Below are positions 1 through 7,674 of a stretch of DNA of 64,000 bases, in pieces. Each line of letters starts with the position of its first letter. Position 1 is the first letter of the stretch. The notes under the pieces are model-generated. The model was given only the letters and a program-made list of their open reading frames with translations. It was not told where the DNA came from and searched no databases. The stretch covers positions 1 to 64,000 of IMG/VR virus record IMGVR_UViG_3300014204_000154; one strand, written 5' to 3'. The position numbers and the translations under genes are program-made. Source of the DNA: a virus. Lineage: Duplodnaviria > Caudoviricetes.

Positions 1-222
1 GTCCACCACGTCCGTCTCGTCCATCCCTACCGGCTCAATGACCAGTGGTACCGAATATCGCTGCATCCAGTCAACCCATGCCGGGATGATTCGGATGTTG
101 CCCGTGACAAGCAACGCTGCCCGTGCCTGTCCCAGACTCGCCTCTGTCGCATAGACCGCCTGCTGGACCTCTCCGGCGAATTGGAGGGCGTCTGACTTTT
201 CGGTGAATAGCTTGTGTCGCAT
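1..222 (-). CDS. Hypothetical protein, 5' part only (runs off the window)
   Basis: ATG at 222 follows the SD AAAGGAGG; the frame is open to base 1 (MRHKLFTEKSDALQFAGEVQQ...). Translated by hand; not in the ORF track. Confidence 0.65.
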   Translation of the reverse strand, partial: MRHKLFTEKSDALQFAGEVQQAVYATEASLGQARAALLVTGNIRIIPAWVDWMQRYSVPLVIEPVGMDETDVVD

Positions 223-232
223 GATCCCTCCT

Positions 233-1015
233 TTATGGTCTGGAAACCGTCACAACCTTCGTAACGGCGTTAGCATCTATCCCCCCATCCGTCAGCGCGG
301 CGGCGAGGATGCCGGTGGTGTCGGGGGTGAGGACTTTTTCCAACTTCATATTGCTTATGTTACCTGTCGCTTCCCCTACATGCCGTATACAAACTCGCAA
401 TTGCGTGGCATTACTCGTAACGTAAGTAGTTCCTACAGCGGAAGTCAAATTCAGTGGCGATCCGGTAGTCACTCCCGCTGTGTTAGAAAAATGCATCTTA
501 TCGCCAGAGTAATCAGATCCAAACGTCGCCTTGTATAATGCACCCAAAATTGTCTTATTGGTTGAGGTATATAACCCTCCTGTTCCGGTAGTGCTATACG
601 AATTAGAGTCTATGATTGTTGTAACGACTTCCGGTGTCCACCCACTTGTAAAATCCCATCCCGCTAGAATATCGGTATACGTCTCACTCGTCCCCGCCGT
701 AATCGCCCCGGAGAAAACCGCAGTCGTGGCAGGCGTGCCGGTAGCCGCGACGCTGTATTGGACGCCGGAGATGCCGGAGTAGCGGTTCAAATCGAAAGCG
801 ACACCGGCAGCCTTCACGTTGTGGATGAAATAGGCACCACTGACGAGGCTCATATAGAGGGTCAGGCTGGAGATCGTCAGGGGCGTGCCGGATTTGATCC
901 CCTTGATTTCGGCGTCGAGGGCGGCTACCTCGGCGGGGGTCATGGTTGGGTGGGCGGCGAAGTAAACCTCCGTCTCGAACTCCAGCCCTCTTTTAAACAT
1001 CCACGGCTTGATCAT
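233..1015 (-). CDS. Putative virion structural protein (Thr/Ser/Gly-rich, fibre- or appendage-like)
   Basis: Start moved to ATG 1015 (TAATG overlap with the upstream stop). Composition is T/S/G-rich and beta-like, and the gene lies downstream of the head-tail genes. Confidence 0.5.
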   Translation of the reverse strand: MIKPWMFKRGLEFETEVYFAAHPTMTPAEVAALDAEIKGIKSGTPLTISSLTLYMSLVSGAYFIHNVKAAGVAFDLNRYSGISGVQYSVAATGTPATTAVFSGAITAGTSETYTDILAGWDFTSGWTPEVVTTIIDSNSYSTTGTGGLYTSTNKTILGALYKATFGSDYSGDKMHFSNTAGVTTGSPLNLTSAVGTTYVTSNATQLRVCIRHVGEATGNISNMKLEKVLTPDTTGILAAALTDGGIDANAVTKVVTVSRP

Positions 1016-1584
1016 TATCCGGCCACCCATGTCCCAAAAATGGGGTTGCAGTACCAATCAAACCCACCATCAGCCGCCTTGAATGCGAACACAGAACAAG
1101 CCGCCCCGGTCACGTATCCTGAGTCCACGCCGACATACCCCGGCCCCGTCCCGGCAGTCCCGGAGAGGTAGATTTTATCCGTCCCCGCGCTTTGGAGGCG
1201 GAAATACTTGGCCCGGACGGCCGGGAGGATACACAGAAAGGCCAGCCCTTCAGCCGCAGCGGGAAGTGTGATGGAACAGTCCGCGTCTGTCATGCCGTAA
1301 TTGCTCACGATGGTCCCGGAGCATTGCAATGATGTTAAAGTAGCATTTGAGGCAATTGCAATTTCTTTAGTTAACCCATAAATAATTCCAGGGGTTGTCC
1401 CTCCAATTATTCCTGGCTCTTCCAAAGAAACCAGGATCTTTTTCAGCGTCCATCCCGTTTCGCCGTAGATATACACACGCTTGGTATCGGTTTCAAAGAC
1501 CTCATCCCCTGTATTCACATCGGTTGTCGGCTTAACGTCTGTCGAAAGGCCAACCCACCTTTTGGTTGCTCCGATGAGTCTCAT
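1015..1584 (-). CDS. Putative virion fibre/appendage protein with N-terminal GLSTDxKPT module
   Basis: ATG 1584 follows AAGGAGG and overlaps the upstream stop (ATGA). The N-terminal ~45 aa are paralogous to the upstream 57-aa gene. Confidence 0.55.
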   Translation of the reverse strand: MRLIGATKRWVGLSTDVKPTTDVNTGDEVFETDTKRVYIYGETGWTLKKILVSLEEPGIIGGTTPGIIYGLTKEIAIASNATLTSLQCSGTIVSNYGMTDADCSITLPAAAEGLAFLCILPAVRAKYFRLQSAGTDKIYLSGTAGTGPGYVGVDSGYVTGAACSVFAFKAADGGFDWYCNPIFGTWVAG

Positions 1585-1754
1585 TCTACTTCCTCCTTGC
1601 CGGTGCTGGTCCATGCGGCGTTGTTGTAAACGTACCAGTCACGGGTGTCAGACTCAAAGAAAGTGTCGCCCGTATTGACATCAGTTGTCGGCTTGGTATC
1701 GGTTGAAAGGCCAACCCACCTTTTTCTCACGATTCCTACCTGCTTCAGCGCCAT
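1581..1754 (-). CDS. 57-aa protein consisting of the GLSTDxKPT module alone
   Basis: Hand translation: MALKQVGIVRKRWVGLSTDTKPTTDVNTGDTFFESDTRDWYVYNNAAWTSTGKEEVE. Differences from the paralogous module are mostly synonymous third positions, which supports coding status. Below the ORF-track length cutoff. Confidence 0.75.
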   Translation of the reverse strand: MALKQVGIVRKRWVGLSTDTKPTTDVNTGDTFFESDTRDWYVYNNAAWTSTGKEEVE

Positions 1755-1767
1755 GACCAAACCTCTC

Positions 1768-2127
1768 TCACTTCAGATCGACTATGAACAAAACGGTTAT
1801 CCCGGCCGGTTTTATTGCAACTGTCTTCTCAGGAAACCAGGTTTCATTCCCGCTTACGATCTTGAAAGGAACCTTGTCCAGAGTCGGAACCCCTATTGCC
1901 GGGATAAGCGCCTGGAGCTTATCCGATTTCCCAAACGTTCCTTCCTGATTCTGGTTCGTCGGATTCTTCAAAACTATCTTTATGTTGTCGTATGTAACAG
2001 CAGTCTTTCCCAACGTATCCAATGTTGCATTATATGAACCCGTTAGAACTTCCTTGATAATGGAAACGGAAAGTCCATTCTTTTTTATCATCTTCTCAAC
2101 ATCTTTTTGAAGTTTGGACCAGTTCAT
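1768..2127 (-). CDS. Putative head-closure / head-tail joining protein
   Basis: 119 aa, directly after the adaptor gene; size and position are typical. Confidence 0.5.
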   Translation of the reverse strand: MNWSKLQKDVEKMIKKNGLSVSIIKEVLTGSYNATLDTLGKTAVTYDNIKIVLKNPTNQNQEGTFGKSDKLQALIPAIGVPTLDKVPFKIVSGNETWFPEKTVAIKPAGITVLFIVDLK

Positions 2128-2639
2128 ACTCGTTTCACCACAACCATGCCAGAATCTTCGATAAGATTTTTCAAAAATCCTTTTATAACAGGGTAAACCG
2201 TTTGCGCCGGATTTCTCCCCTCATATTCAATTTCAATGACATCAACTTTCTGACGTTTTATTCCAACATCTGCCGATTGCTGGAGGACATCTTGTTCCTC
2301 AGATTCCTCATAAGCTGCTCGACAAACCGCCCGTTTAAGTCCCTTGGGAATCTCGTTGATATATACCTCGATCCCTGCAATGTAATTCCCTGGATTGTCG
2401 TCATAAACACAAGCCCTGGGCCATTCTAAGGGGTTGTCAACGGATGTTTTATACCCCTTAAAGTTGAACGTTTCGATGAAAGACATCCCCCGAATTATGG
2501 CTGACTCCTTGTTCGCTGTCGCCAGTGTAGCCCAAGAAGTCAAGCCATAATTCGAGCAAAACGTATCAACCTCAGCCACGGTCACGTAACTATTGGCTGA
2601 TGCTGATGCAGCTGTTCCATCTTCGATAATGATGGACAT
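2124..2639 (-). CDS. Head-tail adaptor (DnaT-like phage family)
   Basis: N-terminal IIEDGT..ANSYVTVAEVD and a LEWPR motif, typical of this adaptor family; located in the head operon. Confidence 0.7.
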   Translation of the reverse strand: MSIIIEDGTAASASANSYVTVAEVDTFCSNYGLTSWATLATANKESAIIRGMSFIETFNFKGYKTSVDNPLEWPRACVYDDNPGNYIAGIEVYINEIPKGLKRAVCRAAYEESEEQDVLQQSADVGIKRQKVDVIEIEYEGRNPAQTVYPVIKGFLKNLIEDSGMVVVKRV

Positions 2640-2646
2640 CGTTCAT

Positions 2647-3018
2647 TTACCTCTGAATAGCCGGTTTTGCCTTCGATTCGCCATGTCCGCCCAGGGTCTT
2701 CCCCGTTCCGTCCACGACATTCTTGCCCTCCGGAGGAGGATTGGCCCCGCCACCCGGAGTCGGTGCGGCAACGCCGGATGCGGTCTTGTTCAATTCAACT
2801 CCATCGACCTGCTCTGCGCTTCCTTCGGCTCCTGGATCTTCCTTCTCTGTCTGTTCCTCTTCAACAGGTACGGGTTTCTTGGGATCACGAGCCAGATATT
2901 TCCCACCCCGAATTGCCATCAAATGATCAATGGCGTGAATGAAAGAAACTGGTTTCCCGTCTTCCTTCCCATACGCTACAAATGTTCGTCTGACCTTCTT
3001 TTTATCCCCGGTTGCCAT
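2647..3018 (-). CDS. Hypothetical head-operon protein with a low-complexity acidic/Pro/Gly C-terminal half
   Basis: 123-aa ORF with SD, between the glycosyltransferase and the adaptor. Confidence 0.55.
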   Translation of the reverse strand: MATGDKKKVRRTFVAYGKEDGKPVSFIHAIDHLMAIRGGKYLARDPKKPVPVEEEQTEKEDPGAEGSAEQVDGVELNKTASGVAAPTPGGGANPPPEGKNVVDGTGKTLGGHGESKAKPAIQR

Positions 3019-4207
3019 CTTTCTGTTCCTCCTTCTCGTTTTGTTTGATTTCTCTTTTGATGAATTTCACTGGAAAAGCGGATTCTGAAAGCTTCTTTTC
3101 CAAATCCGCCAAAATCTCCATCTTTGCTTCAGGCTTACATTTCTCACAAACTTGAAGAAATTTATTCAAATTGGCTGTCCCTCTCAACAGCTCAATCTCC
3201 ACAAGTCGCTTCAGGATTAATGAGAAGACTTCTGGCCGCATGGAGAAAGTGAAAACGTTTTTCTTGAGCCTGAGCTGAGGATCGGCCTCATGTTTCTCAT
3301 AAACGTCCACAAAATTCCGACCGGCACTATACTGCAAATCCTCATCATTTACCCACATCCCATATTCAAAAGCAGCCAGTGCAATATCGACGTTGCCCGG
3401 AAGATCCTTGACGGCTCTTTCCAACCAATCGTTGGTTTTTCCCTTGTTTCCTGACCGCATGTATTGACGAATCATCGTAAAATATATGGAATCATTGAAT
3501 TTCTTAATGTTGGGCTTTTCTGTCCAATACTTCTCTCCCCATTCAGAAGATTCAACGGGCATTCCGTTATCAGCATATAATTGACACAGATAAAAGTATG
3601 GGGAAAAGTTGTCCATTTTTCCCTCTTCGATCTGTTTCATGAGCAATGTTGAAGTCCTTTCAAATTTCTCGGCTTTCTTTTCCGGAGTTAAATCATATCC
3701 ATAATGCTTTATGGTAACCAAGGGGCAAAAAAGAGCCTCCCCCATAACCATTGGTTGATTATGGACAATCCCTTCGTAATGAATCTGTCCCCTTCGGAAA
3801 AAACGGGTGGTTGTGAAAGTCATTGTCGCCATTTCCTTATGAATATCCTTTAAGGCGACGGCGGATGCAGAAAGATTTGCAGGAATGGCTTCAATAAATT
3901 TGCGGAGCATCTTTGGAGTTGCGCCCTTTTCAAGACACAGCTCCTCATCCGCATCGATCACAAAACACCAACGACTTCTGGCATAAGATAAAGACTGATT
4001 GCGATGCTTAGAAAAATCAAATTCCCAGGGGTGTTCATAAATCTTGGCCCCGAATTCTCTGGCAATTTCCATTGTCTTATCGGTTGACCCCGTATCGACA
4101 ACAATAATTTCGTCCACCAAGCCCTTCAACGAGGAGAGGCACCTTTTCAGATTCCCCTCCTCGTTCCGGACCATCATGCAGGCAGAAATCAGCTTCCCGG
4201 TCTTCAT
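3002..4207 (-). CDS. GT2 glycosyltransferase with helical (TPR-like) C-terminus, of the protein-glycosylating type (SunS/flagellin-GT-like)
   Basis: ISACMMVRNEE..L.RCL.S, VVDTGSTD, WEFDFSKHRN, DADE (DxD) and HYGY motifs. Start moved to ATG 4207 (SD AAAGGAG). Confidence 0.85.
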   Translation of the reverse strand: MKTGKLISACMMVRNEEGNLKRCLSSLKGLVDEIIVVDTGSTDKTMEIAREFGAKIYEHPWEFDFSKHRNQSLSYARSRWCFVIDADEELCLEKGATPKMLRKFIEAIPANLSASAVALKDIHKEMATMTFTTTRFFRRGQIHYEGIVHNQPMVMGEALFCPLVTIKHYGYDLTPEKKAEKFERTSTLLMKQIEEGKMDNFSPYFYLCQLYADNGMPVESSEWGEKYWTEKPNIKKFNDSIYFTMIRQYMRSGNKGKTNDWLERAVKDLPGNVDIALAAFEYGMWVNDEDLQYSAGRNFVDVYEKHEADPQLRLKKNVFTFSMRPEVFSLILKRLVEIELLRGTANLNKFLQVCEKCKPEAKMEILADLEKKLSESAFPVKFIKREIKQNEKEEQKDGNRG

Positions 4208-4255
4208 TCTGCTATCTCCTTTCGTTGTTTGTTGGCGCCCTCGCTCCACCCGCGC

Positions 4256-4726
4256 TTACCGTTTGGACAGGTAAGATTTGAACTCAATGTCGGCCTCATT
4301 GACCGTCCCGCCGAAAACGCAATATTCACGCAGCCAGCGATAGACGGTGCCCCCGAAATCGTTATGGAACGGGATGATGTATCTGCCGGTATCAACGGAT
4401 GCCACTGTCGAATCCCCACCTAGGCGGGAGTGCTCGAACCCTGCTGCATTCTGGCCGATCTTCAGGCTGGCCAGACGGACGTGGGTGGTGAACGTACTGG
4501 TGCTGGAGCCTTCCAGGCAGATTTCAATGGTGTGGCACGATGCCGCCGTGGCCATGCCGGTGACCGCATCGATATCGATCACGAAAAGGCCAGGAGTGTA
4601 TCCGCCACCTGTGTCAAACGTTTTGGCAACCCCATCCACCGTCCCTGCGGCAGATGCAGCGATTGCGGCCGATCCGGTATCGGACAACTTGCAATCCACA
4701 TCGATGATCACTTTTCTGTTTCCCAT
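4256..4726 (-). CDS. Capsid cement/decoration protein (BPP-1 Bbp16-like)
   Basis: 156 aa immediately after the MCP; IID..LS..AIAASA N-terminus and RWLREY near the C-terminus recall Bbp16-type jelly-roll cement proteins. Confidence 0.6.
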   Translation of the reverse strand: MGNRKVIIDVDCKLSDTGSAAIAASAAGTVDGVAKTFDTGGGYTPGLFVIDIDAVTGMATAASCHTIEICLEGSSTSTFTTHVRLASLKIGQNAAGFEHSRLGGDSTVASVDTGRYIIPFHNDFGGTVYRWLREYCVFGGTVNEADIEFKSYLSKR

Positions 4727-4795
4727 CTCAAGACCTCCTTATCTTGAAAATCAATTGTTGTTGGTTGGTTCATCTCTTTCCGTGAGGATCGATCC

Positions 4796-5731
4796 TTACA
4801 CGGTAACAGCGCCGTCCACGATGCCTTCCAGACGTGCCGCAGCCCTGGGGCGCAGGATTGCCAGGGTGATGTACCATTCCACTCTGGTCCGCAGAACCGG
4901 CTTGTCGTGCTGTTCGCCCAGATCACGAACATCCATCTCGGAATTCTGGAGGCCCATAACGCCGTTTTCCGACAGGCTCACGCAGTAGATGGACGTGTAA
5001 GCCGAACCGCCACCGGCCGTCGCGGTTTCACCGAAGGGCAAAATGTCCTGATTGTCCTCATCCTTATCGGCGATAAGGATCGGCAGATCACCGTACTTGG
5101 TAATGCGCCGCCCGAAGGCATCCACGTCATAGGCGATGAATCCGCCCACCGTGGTCAGTCTGGCTGCGGCTGACAACTTCCGCTTCATTGCCTTGTTCAT
5201 GATGAGATGGGTCGGATCTTCCACAGCGTCGATCAACTCATCCAGTTTGGCCAGGGAGAGGGCGACACAGGTGGATGCCGAACCCGAAGTGACCAGCTGA
5301 TCGCCCAAGCAACGGACCTGGAGACCATCGAACCCCTTTGGGTCGGTCAGAACGGAACCCTTGATGACCTGCTTCGTAAGGCTCAAGGTCAGCGCCTTGA
5401 TCTTGAGCTGTTCCTGGGTTGACCTCTGGCTGTCACCGGCCGTCCGGACAAGGAAGATATCCACGTCCAGATCGCCACCGGCAATGGCCAGAGACTCGGT
5501 GACAGGATCGAATTCCCCGGTGCCCTCGTCATATCCCTCGTTCACACCACGGAACCCCACCGAAGGCAAGGTTTTTTCGCGGTTGAACTTCAGGGCATTT
5601 CCCTGGATATTCTCGAAGGGAAGCACAGCCATGATGTCGGAACCTCTGGCGAACAATTCCATCACCGTGGCCTTGAGGACTTCATCCCGCCCCATTGCGA
5701 TTTTTGCCGACTCAACAAGATTCAAAGCCAT
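4796..5731 (-). CDS. Major capsid protein (HK97 fold)
   Basis: 311 aa; LPFENIQGNALKFNREKTLPSVGFRGVNEGY, LAIAGGDLDVD and FDGL motifs. Strong SD AAGGAGG, directly after the scaffold gene. Confidence 0.9.
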   Translation of the reverse strand: MALNLVESAKIAMGRDEVLKATVMELFARGSDIMAVLPFENIQGNALKFNREKTLPSVGFRGVNEGYDEGTGEFDPVTESLAIAGGDLDVDIFLVRTAGDSQRSTQEQLKIKALTLSLTKQVIKGSVLTDPKGFDGLQVRCLGDQLVTSGSASTCVALSLAKLDELIDAVEDPTHLIMNKAMKRKLSAAARLTTVGGFIAYDVDAFGRRITKYGDLPILIADKDEDNQDILPFGETATAGGGSAYTSIYCVSLSENGVMGLQNSEMDVRDLGEQHDKPVLRTRVEWYITLAILRPRAAARLEGIVDGAVTV

Positions 5732-5775
5732 TTCACTACCTCCTTATTTCGTTTCATTTGTCGTTTATGATCAAT

Positions 5776-5823
5776 AAAAAATCCCGGAAGAATCTGATAG
5801 TTTCATCAAATCCCTCCGGGATT
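5776..5823 (-). terminator. Intrinsic terminator-like hairpin between scaffold and MCP
   Basis: Stem AATCCCGGA (5780-5788) / TCCGGGATT (5815-5823) with further internal pairing, followed on the minus strand by a T-run. Confidence 0.55.
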
Positions 5824-5913
5824 CCGTCTGTTGGCCTCCGGCCTTCGACTGCTTTTTTTTGCCTCTCATCCCCTCCGGAGAATCAAGACCTTATTGAAAG
5901 AACGTTGGATCAA

Positions 5914-6675
5914 TTATTTCTTGGTCTGAGCGTGAGCCATGTTAAGGCGCTCGCTGGGCGGAAGTTTTGCAACTTCTTCCCTGGACAATGGCCCCTGATG
6001 AGATTGAGCGCCATTGTTTCCTTGTCCACCGCTTCCGGCCGAAGATTCGAAGAGAAAAGGTGCCGTTTCCATCTGGACGACGGCCCATTCATCGAAGGTC
6101 ATTGCCGCTTTCCCATCCTTGCCATAAAGAACCTTGTCGCCTTCCTTGGGAATCGGTTTTCCATTCTCATCCAATGACCAGGTTCTGCGTCCCCGCGCTA
6201 GGATATCGTCCATTGCGCCCTTCCGGACCTTGCCGGCAACCGCCCTGGTAATTTCGGAGTCAATAAGGACGCTGGAAAGATGACCCTTGGTTTTGATAAT
6301 TTCCTTGTCCTTCGTCTCCAGAGCAGTCCGCATTTCAGTCAGCTGGTTTTCATAAGCGGTTTTCATCCGCTCCGTTTTCTGTTCCACCAGCTTGTCGATT
6401 TCGCCGGCATCCATCAACTTCTTGTCTTCCAGCTTCTGGATCTTTTCCTGATATTCCTTGTACTTGGCTGGATCAACATCCTTGTACTGGTCCCGAACCT
6501 CCTTCAATTCCTTCAGAAGCTTCGTGTTGTTGTCCCGGAATTCCTTCAGCTTCGCGGCGGCATCCGGATCTTCTTCTGCCTGTAAATGATAATTCCCATC
6601 CCCTCCCAGCTTGTACAGTTCCTGTATCGGCTGGCTCAACTTGTCAAACTCCTCTTTGGTAATCTTCCACTTCAT
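5914..6675 (-). CDS. Capsid scaffolding protein
   Basis: Coiled-coil rich (KLKEFRDNN..LLKEL), APFLF then a Gly-rich tail; lies between MuF and MCP. Confidence 0.75.
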   Translation of the reverse strand: MKWKITKEEFDKLSQPIQELYKLGGDGNYHLQAEEDPDAAAKLKEFRDNNTKLLKELKEVRDQYKDVDPAKYKEYQEKIQKLEDKKLMDAGEIDKLVEQKTERMKTAYENQLTEMRTALETKDKEIIKTKGHLSSVLIDSEITRAVAGKVRKGAMDDILARGRRTWSLDENGKPIPKEGDKVLYGKDGKAAMTFDEWAVVQMETAPFLFESSAGSGGQGNNGAQSHQGPLSREEVAKLPPSERLNMAHAQTKK

Positions 6676-6715
6676 AATGCCTTTTCCTCCCCGGTTAAGG
6701 AATTTTATCAGATGA

Positions 6716-6750
6716 TTATTCTATACTGTATTTTTTGACTGAGTAAAAGA
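6716..6750 (-). promoter_or_regulatory. Putative sigma70-like promoter for scaffold/MCP
   Basis: Minus strand TTTACT-N18-TAGAAT about 40 nt upstream of the scaffold start. Confidence 0.4.
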
Positions 6751-6767
6751 TATTTTTAATCATAACC

Positions 6768-6799
6768 AAAAAAAAAAATCCCGGAATAGATCCGGGATT
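6768..6799 (-). terminator. Rho-independent terminator
   Basis: Perfect 9-bp stem AATCCCGGA-ATAGA-TCCGGGATT followed on the minus strand by a long T-run, downstream of the 146-aa gene. Confidence 0.8.
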
Positions 6800-6826
6800 C
6801 TCTTATCAACGATATGATTTGTTGGT

Positions 6827-7267
6827 TTATGCTCTCCGATCCTCTCCCTGATAAACTCCACCTTCATCAAAACAATCATCAGCCCCATATGGTTTTGAAA
6901 AAAATGGATATCTCCGGCGTTGATTCCGATATGAAGCAGATATCATAGTGGACCAGACTTCAAGATAGATTTCCGCTCTTTCATGATTCTTTGCTGATAT
7001 AGCACTTTTGAAATTTGAATAATTGATATCCATCGAAGTCTTGGCCATATAATCCGCCCAGACAGTCGCCGGTAAAACAACCCTGTATTGATAATCAGTC
7101 CCTGCATCTTTCAAGATCCTGACGTGGATCTTGGTTTTCCTAAAAACAAAACGCTCCAGCCGCACGATGTCCATACGGAATCTGGAACGTATTGTCAATT
7201 CGTTTCTCTTGTCCTGACCTGGCTTTTGAACCACGCTGAAAAACCCATCCCGGTTAAACACCCACAT
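6827..7267 (-). CDS. Conserved hypothetical protein; candidate immunity protein for the MuF toxin
   Basis: MWVFNRDGFFSVVQ..TIRSR..TDYQYRVV..INYSNFK resembles a widespread uncharacterised family. The immunity role is positional inference. Confidence 0.55.
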   Translation of the reverse strand: MWVFNRDGFFSVVQKPGQDKRNELTIRSRFRMDIVRLERFVFRKTKIHVRILKDAGTDYQYRVVLPATVWADYMAKTSMDINYSNFKSAISAKNHERAEIYLEVWSTMISASYRNQRRRYPFFSKPYGADDCFDEGGVYQGEDRRA

Positions 7268-7615
7268 TTAGTCTATCCTTTCTACCTCCTTTAAATGGAA
7301 GTCAATCATCAATAAACGTTTCCGCTTCTCGTCAAGGTCTGGAAACTTCGCCCGATACAATAACCACTCTTCGTAGCTTTCCTGCATCATGCCATCTTCT
7401 TCTGTAATGGGAGAGACTTCTGCCAAACGGTCTTCATAATCTCTGAAAACTCTTTTGTCTCCTTTTTCCTCAACCAGTAATCCAAGCTGATGATCCGAAT
7501 GACTAGGAAGATCGATGCCGGCATCAAAAAAATAGTAATCCTTTCCAGAGAGATAGAGACTGTCAACAATCCTCTTCCCGATATCTTCCCCTTCCACTTT
7601 CAAACCAAGAGCCAT
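7268..7615 (-). CDS. Acidic hypothetical protein; candidate immunity protein
   Basis: 115 aa, first gene after MuF, with its own SD and a -10 element. Confidence 0.55.
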   Translation of the reverse strand: MALGLKVEGEDIGKRIVDSLYLSGKDYYFFDAGIDLPSHSDHQLGLLVEEKGDKRVFRDYEDRLAEVSPITEEDGMMQESYEEWLLYRAKFPDLDEKRKRLLMIDFHLKEVERID

Positions 7616-7640
7616 TTCGTTTCTCCTTCTTTCTTTTGAT

Positions 7641-7672
7641 ATTATATATCCTGTTTTTGATTTATCATCAAA
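7641..7672 (-). promoter_or_regulatory. Putative promoter for the two genes after MuF
   Basis: Minus strand TTGATG...AAAAACAGGATATATAAT, just downstream of the MuF stop. Confidence 0.5.
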
Positions 7673-7674
7673 AA

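Noticed and set aside
1481-1722. Near-duplicate DNA as a possible DGR template/variable repeat pair
   Set aside because: Differences are mainly synonymous and not adenine-specific, and no reverse transcriptase is present in the window.
5834-5844. GCCTCCGGCCT, identical to part of the c-di-GMP-I (Vc2) riboswitch
   Set aside because: It is on the non-coding strand and the upstream GGCAAA / GAAA tetraloop / GCAAA elements are missing.
6768-6778. A11 homopolymer as a phase-variable tract
   Set aside because: Intergenic and fully explained as the U-tract of the adjacent terminator.
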